A stretch of DNA of 64,000 bases from Alloacidobacterium sp. (GCF_035631355.1 NZ_DASQIX010000001.1:17011-81010); one strand, 5' to 3'; positions 46,258 to 56,409 are shown, counted from the stretch's first letter. Made by a program: numbers and translations. Notes: generated by a model not told the origin, from the sequence alone.

Positions 46258-47895
46258 TTATTCGATAGCTGGGCTTGCCGGCACATTCTTGGCGGTCACA
46301 GTCTTCTGCGAATCGATTTTCTCAGCAGTCTGTTCGAGCGTGCCTGCCTGCGGCAGGTAGGTGAGGGCCTGGCTGATCATTGGGTCCCAGGCGGCGCGGA
46401 CTTTCAATCCTTCCACCTGGCCGAACTGCGTGGTGAAAATTTCCGCCTTGATGTTGGCCTTTACCCAGTCGATGACGGCGTTCAGGTCCTGGTCGGTGTA
46501 GCTGATGTCCTGTGTGCCGAGGAACTGCTTGAAATCGGCCATAACGTTGTCGTCGACTTGAAAGTCTTTGTTGACGGTGCGATTGGCCAGGTAGTGCCGC
46601 GCGAAATCGAAGAAGGCGTAGTGGGCAAGCAGGTCTTCCTCGATCGGCGTGGATTTTGGCGTGCTGATCTTGTAATCAGGAGTGATGCCGCCACCGCCGT
46701 AGACGGTGCGTCCGGAGTCGGTCAGCTTGACTTCGCGGTCTTTCGTGTCCTGCGGCTGGTCGTGGTTGTAGTAGTAGTCGTACAGCGAAACGCCGTTATA
46801 GTTGCGCTGGATCAGGCGTCCGCTGGGCGTGTAGTAGTGGTAGGTCGTAAGCGCGAGGCCGGTGTTATCTGAAAGCTGATAAACAGTCTGCACCAGGCCT
46901 TTGCCAAATGTGGTTTCGCCGACAACCAGCGCGCGGTCGTGGTCCTGCAGCGCGCCGCTAACGATTTCGGCTGCGGATGCGGTTCCGTGGTTCACCAGAA
47001 CGACAACGGGATAGTCTCTGCCGCCATTGCCGTGCATGGCATGGTAGGTCTGTTCAGGGAAGGCGCGTCCGCGCTGGGAAACGATGACCTGACCTTTTTT
47101 CAGGAACTTGTCGCAGGTGGAGACGGCTTCCGTGAGCAGGCCGCCAGGGTTCCCGCGGAGGTCAAGGATAAGACCCTTCAGGTCGGGGCCGAAGCTATCA
47201 AGAGCGTCTGCCACTTCGCGGCCCGTCGCTTCCTGGAATTGCGTGATGTGGATGTAGCCGATGCCGGGACGAATCTCTTCCTTGAGGTCGATGCTGGGGT
47301 GCGGAATCTCATCACGAACCAGATCGTAAGTGAGCGGCGCCGCGGCGCCCTCACGGGAAACGGTCAGATGAACATGCGTTCCTTTGGGGCCTTTCAGCAT
47401 GTTCGCCACTTCTTCAGAACCGAGGTTGTCCGTCGTCTTGCCGTCAACTGAGATGATGACGTCACCCGGCCGCACGCCTGCCTTGTAAGATGGCGTCCCC
47501 TCATAGGGGAAAAGGACAACGATACGCTGCACGCCGCCAACATTCTGCGGCTGGATGGTCATGCCCACGCCGTAGTATTTGCCGTGCTGGTCTTCGCGCA
47601 TTCTGGCGTAGGCCTTGGGGTCGTAGAAGTTCGAGTGCGGGTCGAGCACGCGCAGCATGCCCGGAATCGCGCCGTCATATATGGCCTTGTCGGGCTTGTC
47701 GCCGTTCAGCGGTTCGGCGTAGTTCTGCGCAACCACGTCATAGACGCTGGTGAACTGCTTGAGGCTGTCGCGGAACTGCGATTCGTCGGAACTGGATTGC
47801 GCGCCGACTTTCTGGCTGACAATCATGCCTGCAAGACCGCAGGCGGAAAAAAAGACTACAAGGCTAAAGGCGGTGCGACGTGTGCGGGAATGCAT
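46258..47895 (-). CDS. ctpA: Carboxyl-terminal processing protease, S41 family
   Basis: LDPHS, PDZ (GVGM..GVRPGD), DLRGNPGG, TASAAEIV (Ser), FGKGLVQ (Lys), GITPD. Start trimmed to ATG 47895. Confidence 0.9.
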   Translation of the reverse strand: MHSRTRRTAFSLVVFFSACGLAGMIVSQKVGAQSSSDESQFRDSLKQFTSVYDVVAQNYAEPLNGDKPDKAIYDGAIPGMLRVLDPHSNFYDPKAYARMREDQHGKYYGVGMTIQPQNVGGVQRIVVLFPYEGTPSYKAGVRPGDVIISVDGKTTDNLGSEEVANMLKGPKGTHVHLTVSREGAAAPLTYDLVRDEIPHPSIDLKEEIRPGIGYIHITQFQEATGREVADALDSFGPDLKGLILDLRGNPGGLLTEAVSTCDKFLKKGQVIVSQRGRAFPEQTYHAMHGNGGRDYPVVVLVNHGTASAAEIVSGALQDHDRALVVGETTFGKGLVQTVYQLSDNTGLALTTYHYYTPSGRLIQRNYNGVSLYDYYYNHDQPQDTKDREVKLTDSGRTVYGGGGITPDYKISTPKSTPIEEDLLAHYAFFDFARHYLANRTVNKDFQVDDNVMADFKQFLGTQDISYTDQDLNAVIDWVKANIKAEIFTTQFGQVEGLKVRAAWDPMISQALTYLPQAGTLEQTAEKIDSQKTVTAKNVPASPAIE

Positions 47896-48068
47896 GATTG
47901 CGAGGACCCTCTGGGCAATCCTATGGACAGTATAGCAAGCCGAAAAGTTAGCGCCACCTGTTAGCTGGCCTGCTGACCTGCATGTGTTTACAATGTTGAA
48001 AGCGCGCGCGGGATATTTCAGGAAGCAGGCTAACCAGTTCACGCCGCGCGCAGTCGAGACGTATACAG

Positions 48069-49913
48069 ATGATTTATCGATCCTTGTCCCTTCCGGCCGC
48101 GTTCGCTGCAGGCATCGTCTTTCTGGCAGTTCCAGCCATCGGTCAAACCGCGGCTAAAACTCCGGCCCCGGCCACTCAGGCTTCGCAATACCAGGGCACG
48201 GTGGTAGAAGAGATCATCGCGCGTGTCAACGACCAGGTCATCAGCAAGTCAGACTATCAGCGTGCCGACCAGGAACTGGAGAGCCAGGGTCAGCAGCAGG
48301 GGTGGTCGCAGCAGCAGCTTTTTGAAGCGAGGCACGACCTGTTGCGCGACCTGATTGATCAGCAACTGCTTCTGTCCAAGGGCAAAGAGCTGGGCATTTC
48401 AGGCGAGACGGAGACGGTCAAGCGGCTGGACGACATCCGCAAGCAGAACCACCTTGACAGCATGGATGACCTGCAGAAGGCAGCGGAGTCGCAAGGGGTT
48501 TCGTTTGAGGATTTTAAGCAGCATATCCGCGAGGGCATCATTACCTCCACGGTCATTCGCGACGAGGTGGGAAGGCACCTCAACCTGGGTCAGGCCGACG
48601 TGCAGAAGTACTACGATGCGCACAAAGAAGAATTCAACCAGCCTGAGCAGGTGAAACTCAGCGAAATTCTGGTTCCAACGGCGAACCCGGACGATGCTGC
48701 GCAAGTGGCGGCAGCGCAAAAGAAAGCCGACGACATTGCAGTTCAACTGAAGTCGGGTTCGGACTTCGCGCAACTGGCCAAGACGGAGTCGGGCGGTCCC
48801 ACGGCGGCTGAGGGCGGAGAGCTTGGTGAATTTAAGCGCGGACAGCTGGCCAAGGTGCTTGAAGACCAGACGTTCAGCTTGAAACCTGGTGAATATACGC
48901 AGCCGATCCGCACCAAGCAGGGGTTCGTCATTCTTAAAGTGACGGACCATACACCGGGCGGTGTTCAGCCGCTCAAAGACGTTGAACCGCAGGTGGAAGA
49001 TGCAATTTACAGTCAGAAGATGGCGCCTGCATTGCGCCAATACCTGACGAAGCTGCGCGAAGATTCCTATGTTGAGGTGAAAGAGGGCTATGAAGATTCT
49101 GCGGCAACGCCGAATGAGGTCAAGCCCACGACGACCTATAGCGCCTATGCCCCTCCCACAGGAAAAAAGAAGAAGAACGTAGAGCGGACACGGTTCCGTC
49201 AGAAGGGCGTGAAGGCGAAACCTGCGACTGAAACAGCCAGTGCCCCTCCGGCAAATGTGCCATCCCTTGCAGAAGCGCCGCAAGCGCAAGCTGCTGCGAC
49301 TACGCAGACTGCGAGTGCAGCTCAAACAGCAGCTCCAGCCACTGCTTCGACTACTCCTGTTCAGCCGCCCGCAGCAAGCTCGCAGGTGGCCGGCGTGGAG
49401 AAGCCCGGCAAGAAAGAAAAGATTCGCTTCGGCCAAGCCCCGCGAGAGACTTTGCCTGCGGCTCCAACCAAAACAGAAGACGCCGGCGCCACCCAGGTGG
49501 CGAGCAACACAGTTCCGCAGAATGTGCAGGTTGTAGGGCCTGATGGAACGGTAGAGAACCAGCCGATGGAGCAGAAGACTGAGAAGACGAGGTTCTCCGA
49601 CCGGGCCAAGGAACACAAGCCAAAGAAGGCGAAAGACAAAACCGATCCATTCGCTCCAGCGCCTGAGAGCCAGGATGAACTGGCTACCCGCCAGGAGCAA
49701 GCAACTCCGCTGGGATTGAACGGCGATACCTCGAAGGCGAAGAAGGGGCCAAAGCCAACAGAGAAAACGCGGCTCTCAGACGAAGCGAAGGAAAAGAAAG
49801 AGACGAAGCCCGAGCCTGTGCCGAATCCGGAAGGCCCGCGTACGCCTCCTCCTTCCGCGCCTGCTCCAACAAATGGATCGCCTACCACACAGCAGCCTTC
49901 GCAACAACCATAA
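48069..49913 (+). CDS. SurA/PrsA-like parvulin peptidyl-prolyl isomerase with long disordered tail
   Basis: Signal peptide; EIIARVNDQVI, DLIDQQLLL, DFAQLAKTES..GGELG..GFVILKV; A/P/T/K/E-rich C-terminus. Confidence 0.88.
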   Translation: MIYRSLSLPAAFAAGIVFLAVPAIGQTAAKTPAPATQASQYQGTVVEEIIARVNDQVISKSDYQRADQELESQGQQQGWSQQQLFEARHDLLRDLIDQQLLLSKGKELGISGETETVKRLDDIRKQNHLDSMDDLQKAAESQGVSFEDFKQHIREGIITSTVIRDEVGRHLNLGQADVQKYYDAHKEEFNQPEQVKLSEILVPTANPDDAAQVAAAQKKADDIAVQLKSGSDFAQLAKTESGGPTAAEGGELGEFKRGQLAKVLEDQTFSLKPGEYTQPIRTKQGFVILKVTDHTPGGVQPLKDVEPQVEDAIYSQKMAPALRQYLTKLREDSYVEVKEGYEDSAATPNEVKPTTTYSAYAPPTGKKKKNVERTRFRQKGVKAKPATETASAPPANVPSLAEAPQAQAAATTQTASAAQTAAPATASTTPVQPPAASSQVAGVEKPGKKEKIRFGQAPRETLPAAPTKTEDAGATQVASNTVPQNVQVVGPDGTVENQPMEQKTEKTRFSDRAKEHKPKKAKDKTDPFAPAPESQDELATRQEQATPLGLNGDTSKAKKGPKPTEKTRLSDEAKEKKETKPEPVPNPEGPRTPPPSAPAPTNGSPTTQQPSQQP

Positions 49914-49918
49914 CCCTG

Positions 49919-50968
49919 ATGAAAGACCTGTTCGTCGCGGACTTAGGAAAGCTCGAAAATCAAACGGTGACAGGCTTCTTCGCGGTCGCGCAGAAGCAGA
50001 CGCGGAGCACCCGCGAGGGCGTGCCTTACTTTGCCATTTCCATCTCTGACTGCACAGGTCAGATCGAGTGCCGGATATGGGAAGCCGCCGCGGTGGTTGA
50101 TGAATTCGGGCAGGGCGAGGTCGTCAAGGTGCAGGGGCAGGTCTGCCGCTATCAGGACAAGCTTCAGATCAAGATCGACAAAATCCGCAAGGCAAGACCC
50201 GAAGACAGCGACAAAGGCAAATACGACTTTGGCGATTTTGTCCCTCGAACCTCGTGTAATGTTGACGATCTGTGGTCAGAACTGAAGGGTTTTGTCGCAA
50301 GCTTTACGAACCCGCATCTGCAGACCCTGTTGTATGCCTTCCTTGACGATCTGGAGATTGCGTCTGCGCTCAAGAATGCGCCCGCTGCTAAAAGCATGCA
50401 CCACGCATGGATTGGCGGCCTGCTGGAGCACATTGTCTCGCTGCTCGGCATCAGCGACATGGCGGCTCGACACTATCCGGAAATCAACCGCGACCTGCTG
50501 CTGACCGGTGTTGTTCTGCACGATATCGGCAAGCTGCGCGAACTGCGCTGGGGAACCAGCTTCGACTACACGCTCGAAGGCCAGCTTGTCGGCCATATTA
50601 CGATTGGCATTTCGATGGTCGAGAGAAAGCTGGCCAATCTTCCGGATTTTCCCGACAATCTGCGCATACTGGTCGAACACATCATTCTGAGCCATCATGG
50701 CAAGTACGAGTTCGGCTCACCCAAGCTGCCCATGATTCCTGAAGCGCTGCTGCTGCACTATCTCGATGATCTCGACGCCAAGATGCAGACCATGCGCAGC
50801 GAGTTCGCGCGCGCCGAAGCGCAGGGACGCGACCCGGGGCAACTGACTGACTGGGTGCGCGCGCTGGAGAGACCGTTGTTGAACACGGCCGGCTATCTGA
50901 ATGAGCAGCAACCGGCGACGGAACCCGAGCCTGAGGAGGAAACCAATGTCCTACCTGCTGAAGACTGA
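49919..50968 (+). CDS. yhaM: YhaM-family 3'-5' exonuclease (OB-fold plus HD domain)
   Basis: D.TG.IE.RIW OB fold; PAAKSMHHAWIGGLLEH, LHDIGK, SHHG, LDDLDA. Confidence 0.82.
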   Translation: MKDLFVADLGKLENQTVTGFFAVAQKQTRSTREGVPYFAISISDCTGQIECRIWEAAAVVDEFGQGEVVKVQGQVCRYQDKLQIKIDKIRKARPEDSDKGKYDFGDFVPRTSCNVDDLWSELKGFVASFTNPHLQTLLYAFLDDLEIASALKNAPAAKSMHHAWIGGLLEHIVSLLGISDMAARHYPEINRDLLLTGVVLHDIGKLRELRWGTSFDYTLEGQLVGHITIGISMVERKLANLPDFPDNLRILVEHIILSHHGKYEFGSPKLPMIPEALLLHYLDDLDAKMQTMRSEFARAEAQGRDPGQLTDWVRALERPLLNTAGYLNEQQPATEPEPEEETNVLPAED

Positions 50969-51326
50969 GCCTACGGTGTATTCCTTCAACGATTTGGAAC
51001 ACGACGACGAAACCACTTGGGATGGTGTAACCAATCCTGCTGCGGTGAGGTTTCTGCGCGGCATGAAACCCGGTGAAAAGCTAGTCATCTATCACACCGG
51101 TGACGAAAAAACGGCTGTAGGCACAGCGAAGGTCATATCAGTAGACGCAACAAATCCCAAGGTCCCCAACGTGCGCATCAAAGCGGGCAAACCGATCAAG
51201 ACACCGCATACCCTGGCCGAGATCAAGGCGCACAAAATGTTCGCCGATTCGCCGTTGGTGAGCCAGGGCAGATTGTCGGTTGTTCCTCTGACAGACGCGC
51301 AGTACGCGTGGCTCACGGGAGAATAA
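50946..51326 (+). CDS. EVE domain protein
   Basis: YLLKTEP.VYS..DL, WDGV.NP.A..FLR.MK.G, YHTG, RLSVVP. Confidence 0.9.
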   Translation: MSYLLKTEPTVYSFNDLEHDDETTWDGVTNPAAVRFLRGMKPGEKLVIYHTGDEKTAVGTAKVISVDATNPKVPNVRIKAGKPIKTPHTLAEIKAHKMFADSPLVSQGRLSVVPLTDAQYAWLTGE

Positions 51327-51371
51327 AAGCCCTGCGCGCTGCGCTACAATCAAAGCTGGCACAGCACGCAC

Positions 51372-52553
51372 ATGTTACGTTTTTCCACTGCAGGTGAGTC
51401 ACACGGCGAGAGTCTGATTGCCCTGGTTTCAGGGCTGCCCGCAGGCGTTGACGTCGATACAAAATTCATCAATCGCGAACTGTGGCGCCGCCAGCAGGGC
51501 TATGGCCGTGGCGGACGCATGCGCATCGAGCAGGACACCGCGCACATCCTCTCCGGAGTGCGGCACGGCAAGACCATCGGCTCGCCGGTGGCGATGGAAA
51601 TTGAAAATCGAGACTGGAAGAACTGGACCGATGTCCTGCCGGTCGAGGTTGGTGACCCGTCGAAACACAAGGCCGTTGCATCGCCGCGTCCCGGTCATGC
51701 CGATCTTGCCGGTGCACTGAAGTTTGATTTCCCCGATGCGCGCTATGTTCTGGAACGGGCTTCAGCGCGCGAGTCAACCGCGCGCGTTGCAGCCGGAGCG
51801 TTGGCAAAGCAACTGCTTCTTCATCTGGGAATTGATGTAGCCAGCCATGTGATTCGTGTTGGCCATGCTGAACTTGAGCGCGACGCAAGCTGGGACGAAA
51901 TTGCCGCGTTGCGCGCCAAGGATGAAGTGCTGCTGGGTTGCGTTGATCCTGAAGCCGAAGAGCGCATGAAGGCGGAAGTCGATAAAGTCTTGCGCACGGG
52001 CGACACCGTCGGTGGCGTTTTCGAGGTGGTGATTCACGGAGCGCCCCCCGGCATCGGTACGCATACCAACTGGGACGAGCGGCTTGACGGCATTCTGGCG
52101 CAAGCGGTCATGTCATTGCAGGCAGTCAAGGCGGTCGAGATTGGGCGCGGTGTGACTGCGGCAGAATCATTTGGCTCGGATGTGCATGATGCCATCGGCT
52201 ACAGCAGCGGGCCGGTGAACGGCAGGCCTACGCGCTTTACCCGCGAGCACAACAATGCCGGAGGCGTCGAAGGCGGCATTTCCAATGGGGAAGACGTGAT
52301 CGTGCGCGGCTATCTCAAGCCAATTTCCACGCTGCGTAGACCGTTGCAATCTGTCCGCTTCGACACACGCGAAGTCACGAAGGCTGCGTATGAGCGGAGT
52401 GACGTGTGCGTTGTTCCGGCGGCAGGTGTCGCTGCTGAGGCGATGGTGGCGCTGGCGTTTGCACGGCTAGTGCTTGAGAAATTCGGCGGCGATTCACTGC
52501 GGGAATTGAAACGTAACTATGACGGTTACGTGGAGCAGATTCGCGCCTATTGA
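51372..52553 (+). CDS. aroC: Chorismate synthase
   Basis: TAGESHG, RRQQGYGRGGRM, PRPGHAD, ERASARES, KPISTL, RSDVC. Confidence 0.97.
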   Translation: MLRFSTAGESHGESLIALVSGLPAGVDVDTKFINRELWRRQQGYGRGGRMRIEQDTAHILSGVRHGKTIGSPVAMEIENRDWKNWTDVLPVEVGDPSKHKAVASPRPGHADLAGALKFDFPDARYVLERASARESTARVAAGALAKQLLLHLGIDVASHVIRVGHAELERDASWDEIAALRAKDEVLLGCVDPEAEERMKAEVDKVLRTGDTVGGVFEVVIHGAPPGIGTHTNWDERLDGILAQAVMSLQAVKAVEIGRGVTAAESFGSDVHDAIGYSSGPVNGRPTRFTREHNNAGGVEGGISNGEDVIVRGYLKPISTLRRPLQSVRFDTREVTKAAYERSDVCVVPAAGVAAEAMVALAFARLVLEKFGGDSLRELKRNYDGYVEQIRAY

Positions 52554-52564
52554 GTTCCGGAAGA

Positions 52565-53074
52565 ATGATTCGAGAGATTGTCAAATACCCCGACCCGATT
52601 CTACAGAAACCCGCCGAGCCGGTGACCGAGTTCAACGATGAACTGCGGTCGCTGGTCGATGATATGTTCGAGTCGATGTATGCGGCGCAGGGCATCGGGC
52701 TGGCCGCGCCGCAGATTGGCCTTTCCAAGCGGCTGACCGTGATTGACCTCAGCTTCAAAAAAAATCCTGAAGAAAAAATTGTCCTTATTAATCCGGAGAT
52801 CATTCACAAAGAAGGCAAGCAGAGTGAGGAAGAAGGCTGCCTGAGCCTGCCTGAGATTCGTGAAAAAGTATCGCGCGCGTTCAAGGTGCGCGTGCGCGCC
52901 CAGAATGCAAATGGCGAATGGTTCGAGCTCGATGGCGAGGAACTGCTGTCCCGCGCCATGCAGCATGAGATCGACCATCTCGACGGCATTCTCTTCATCT
53001 TTCGCGTAAGCGGGCTGAAGCGCGACCTGCTTCTGCGCAAAATCCGAAAAATGCAGAAAAATGGCGAGTGGTAG
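52565..53074 (+). CDS. def: Peptide deformylase
   Basis: GIGLAAPQIG, EGCLS, QHEIDHLDG. Confidence 0.97.
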   Translation: MIREIVKYPDPILQKPAEPVTEFNDELRSLVDDMFESMYAAQGIGLAAPQIGLSKRLTVIDLSFKKNPEEKIVLINPEIIHKEGKQSEEEGCLSLPEIREKVSRAFKVRVRAQNANGEWFELDGEELLSRAMQHEIDHLDGILFIFRVSGLKRDLLLRKIRKMQKNGEW

Positions 53075-53077
53075 CCA

Positions 53078-54013
53078 ATGCGTCTCGTTTTTTGCGGCAC
53101 GCCGCGGTTCGCTGTTCCCACGCTGAAGGCGCTGCTGCATGCCGGGCATGACATCCAGCTTGTCGTGACGCAGCCGGACCGCCCCAGCGGACGCGGCATG
53201 TCACTGCTGGCTCCGCCGGTAAAGCAGGCCGCGCTCGAAGCCGGCCTATCAGTAGTCCAGCCGGAAAAGATCAAGAACAACGCGGAGTTTCGCACGCAGT
53301 TGGAAGCGATCCAGCCGGAGGCGATCATCGTTGTCGCCTATGGCCGCATCATTCCGAAGTGGATGCTCGACCTTCCGCGACACGGCAACCTGAACCTGCA
53401 CGCGTCGTTGCTGCCAAAGTATCGCGGAGCGGCGCCCATCCAGTGGGCGGTGGCCAATGGTGAGCCGGTAACCGGCGCAACCACCATGCGGATTGACGAG
53501 GGCCTGGATACGGGTGACATGCTCCTGCAGCGCGAGCTGCCGGTTGCACCCGATCAGACGGCCGAGGACATTTTTCCGCTGCTTGCGGAAATGGGCGCGC
53601 CGCTCATGGCAGAAACGTTGGAAGGATTGAACGCGGACACGATTACGCCGAAAAAGCAGGATGATTCCCTGGCCACGCTTGCGCCGATCCTGAAGCGGGA
53701 AGACGGGCTGGTGGATTTCGAGCGTCCGGCAATGGGGATTTATAACCGCTGGCGCGGATTTCAGCCCTGGCCTGGAGCCTACACGCTTTTTCGGGGCAAG
53801 AAGCTGGTACTGCATCGCATGATGCCGATGGAACTGCGTGGCGAGCAGAGCGTTCCAACTGAGGTGCGCGTGGAGCGCAACCGGCTCTTTGTAGATTGCA
53901 GTGAAAACAGCCGTCTCGAAATCTTTGAGGTCCAGCCTGAAGGCAAAAAGCGTATGGCTGCGGCGGACTTCCTTCACGGATATCAGCTCAAAAGCGGCGA
54001 CCGCCTGGGATGA
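53078..54013 (+). CDS. fmt: Methionyl-tRNA formyltransferase
   Basis: VFCGTP.FA, VTQPD, NLHASLLPKYRGAAPIQ, LDTGD. Confidence 0.97.
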   Translation: MRLVFCGTPRFAVPTLKALLHAGHDIQLVVTQPDRPSGRGMSLLAPPVKQAALEAGLSVVQPEKIKNNAEFRTQLEAIQPEAIIVVAYGRIIPKWMLDLPRHGNLNLHASLLPKYRGAAPIQWAVANGEPVTGATTMRIDEGLDTGDMLLQRELPVAPDQTAEDIFPLLAEMGAPLMAETLEGLNADTITPKKQDDSLATLAPILKREDGLVDFERPAMGIYNRWRGFQPWPGAYTLFRGKKLVLHRMMPMELRGEQSVPTEVRVERNRLFVDCSENSRLEIFEVQPEGKKRMAAADFLHGYQLKSGDRLG

Positions 54014-55356
54014 GCCACGTAGCGCCAGCACGTGCCGCAGCTTTTGAAATTCTGCTGACGCTGGAGCGCGGTTCGGGCCACAGCGATGAGCTTTTGCACC
54101 GGCCCGCCATAGAAAGGCTGTCGCCGCAAGACCGCAATCTGGCCACAAATCTTGTCATGGGCACTCTGCGATGGCAGATTGCTCTCGATGCGAATATCAA
54201 ATCTCTGCTGGCGCGGCCCGAAACCCGGCTGCATTCCATAGCGCGAGTGTCTCTTCGGCTTGGAGCTTTTCAGTTACTTTATCTCGACCGCGTGCCTGTC
54301 TATGCTGCGATTGGAGAAAGTGTCGAGCTCGCAAAGACCGGAGGCCAGCCATATGCGGCGGGCATGGTGAATGCGGTCCTGCGAAAGATTGCTGCGCAGT
54401 CCAGGAAAAAAGTACCCGATACGGTTACGAATACAACAGAACTGGCCGCCATATGTGCGCATCCTGAATGGCTGGTCGAGCGATGGGTCAGCAATTTCGG
54501 ATTACAAGCAGCACGGCAGATCTGCGAATACGACCAGCAGCCTGCGCCAACATTTGTTCGCCTGCTCGAAACGGAGGCTGAGCAGGAGCTGCTGGCAGAA
54601 GGCGTTGAGCTTGCGCCTGCCAGATTTTTGGCGAACGTTCGCACAGTGACGCGCGGTGATGTTTCATCCACCGCCGCTTTCCGCGAAGGCCGGGTGCGGA
54701 TTCAGGATGAAGGCTCGCAACTGGTCGCAGAACTTGCCGGGCCTGGCCTGAAGATACTAGACTCCTGTGCCGCACCCGGAGGCAAGGCCGCGATTCTTGC
54801 GGAACGCAATCCCAGTGCATCGATCACGGCCTGCGACGTCAGCAAGAAGCGCCTTAGTGACATGCAGCGCACGTTGCGGAACCAGGCCAACATCGATTTT
54901 CGGCTGGCAGACATCGCAAAGAAGGAGCTGGAGCCGGAGTTCGATCTGGTGCTGTGCGACGCCCCATGCAGCGGCACCGGGACGCTGGCCCGCAATCCGG
55001 AGATCCGCCATCGGCTCAGACCGGAAGAACTGAAGCGGCAACATGAGCGGCAAGTGGCGATCCTGAAATCGGTCATGCGCGGCGTCAGCCCAGGCGAGCG
55101 GCTGCTGTATTCTACCTGCTCTCTAGAGCCGGAGGAGAATGAAACCGTCATTCACGAGTGTCTTCGCGGTCGCGATGATTTCAAACTCGTCCGGATCGAT
55201 GGAGAAGTCGAGCGGCTGGAGCGTGCCGGGATTCTCCTCCCTGAAGGCGCGAAGACATTGCGTAAAACGGCGCTCGTTAACGGCTGTCTACGGACACTTC
55301 CGGGTGTTCACGCCTGCGACGGCTTCTTTGCTGCTCTTCTCATCCGGCACGCCTGA
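54010..55356 (+). CDS. rsmB: 16S rRNA m5C967 methyltransferase (Sun/RsmB)
   Basis: NusB-like N-terminus; IQDEGSQ, DSCAAPGGK, DAPCSGTG, YSTCS, DGFF. Confidence 0.92.
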   Translation: MSHVAPARAAAFEILLTLERGSGHSDELLHRPAIERLSPQDRNLATNLVMGTLRWQIALDANIKSLLARPETRLHSIARVSLRLGAFQLLYLDRVPVYAAIGESVELAKTGGQPYAAGMVNAVLRKIAAQSRKKVPDTVTNTTELAAICAHPEWLVERWVSNFGLQAARQICEYDQQPAPTFVRLLETEAEQELLAEGVELAPARFLANVRTVTRGDVSSTAAFREGRVRIQDEGSQLVAELAGPGLKILDSCAAPGGKAAILAERNPSASITACDVSKKRLSDMQRTLRNQANIDFRLADIAKKELEPEFDLVLCDAPCSGTGTLARNPEIRHRLRPEELKRQHERQVAILKSVMRGVSPGERLLYSTCSLEPEENETVIHECLRGRDDFKLVRIDGEVERLERAGILLPEGAKTLRKTALVNGCLRTLPGVHACDGFFAALLIRHA

Positions 55357-55384
55357 ACTGACCACCACCCTTTCTATTGGGCCG

Positions 55385-55483
55385 TTACTGCCCAATTGGC
55401 GAGGGCATGCCGCCGCCCGGTCCGGGCGTGTACAAAGCCAACGGGAACGCAAGCAGCACGGCAAAGAGAATGTAGGTAAGCAT
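55385..55483 (-). CDS. Unannotated 32-aa hydrophobic small peptide
   Basis: AAGGAGA SD upstream of ATG; MLTYILFAVLLAFPLALYTPGPGGGMPSPIGQ*; sits in an otherwise empty 290-nt gap. Confidence 0.55.
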   Translation of the reverse strand: MLTYILFAVLLAFPLALYTPGPGGGMPSPIGQ

Positions 55484-55647
55484 GGAACTTTTCTCCTTTT
55501 GTCGGAATTGGGCCTGAAAAAGCCTACACAAACAGGAAAGCCCTTTGCGTATGGGGCTTGTAACTGGGAAAATTGCCAGCTTGTTCCTGGCAGAACTGCC
55601 TGATGTAAGAGCTTCAAAATCGAGATGCGGGCAGACGACTGGTTTTG

Positions 55648-56409
55648 CTAATGCGTCACGGCCAGTTGGATCGGAGTGCTGGCGTCGACGCGATAGCCAG
55701 CGACTGGGGATTGACTAATCACTGTGCCCGGAGGCACAGGCGCCGCCGGAGTTTGTGCTCCGTTTCCTGAAGAGATTGATGGAATGCTGGCGGAGACATT
55801 GATTGCAGGCGCGAGCTTGAGTCCAGCGTGAGTTACGGCTGCGGCTGCGACGGAAAAAAGCTGGCCGGTGAGATCGGGCATGACAACGCCGTCTGCCTGG
55901 GCGTTTGCTGTGTCAGCGACCAGCAGGCTCATGCTCGGGCGCTCCACGCCTTCGGCATCGGGTGCGGGGTTCTGTGCGATGACCGCCCCCTCCGGCGCGC
56001 CGGCATAGGGCATCCGCGCGACATTGCCCAGATCAAGTCCGGCGCGGCGAATGGCGATGGTCGCCGCTCTTTCCGGTTGGCCGATCACTTTTGGAATTGG
56101 GATTCGCTGCGGCCCCAGGCTTTGGGTAACGCGAAGACGCCACTCGCGGCGCACTACTGCGCCGGGGGCAGGAGCCTGGGTTAGAACGCGCCCGGCAGGC
56201 ATCTCGGCGCTGTAGAAACGATTGTCCACGCTCAGGTTCAAATCGAGCGATGCGGCTTTGCGAATTGCGTCGGCTACAATAAGTCCGCGGAAATCCGGCA
56301 CGGAAACCTCGGCTCCGTGGATGGCGAAGTGCATGGTGATGACTGCGGAAAGAAGAGCGACGACGCACAGGAGTAACACCACGAGTACGAGGCGAAAGAA
56401 GCCGATCAT
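55648..56409 (-). CDS. PASTA domain membrane protein
   Basis: N-terminal TM helix, then three PASTA-like repeats (VPDFRG..QAP, IPKVIG..QNP, MPDLTG..QSP). Confidence 0.85.
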   Translation of the reverse strand: MIGFFRLVLVVLLLCVVALLSAVITMHFAIHGAEVSVPDFRGLIVADAIRKAASLDLNLSVDNRFYSAEMPAGRVLTQAPAPGAVVRREWRLRVTQSLGPQRIPIPKVIGQPERAATIAIRRAGLDLGNVARMPYAGAPEGAVIAQNPAPDAEGVERPSMSLLVADTANAQADGVVMPDLTGQLFSVAAAAVTHAGLKLAPAINVSASIPSISSGNGAQTPAAPVPPGTVISQSPVAGYRVDASTPIQLAVTH

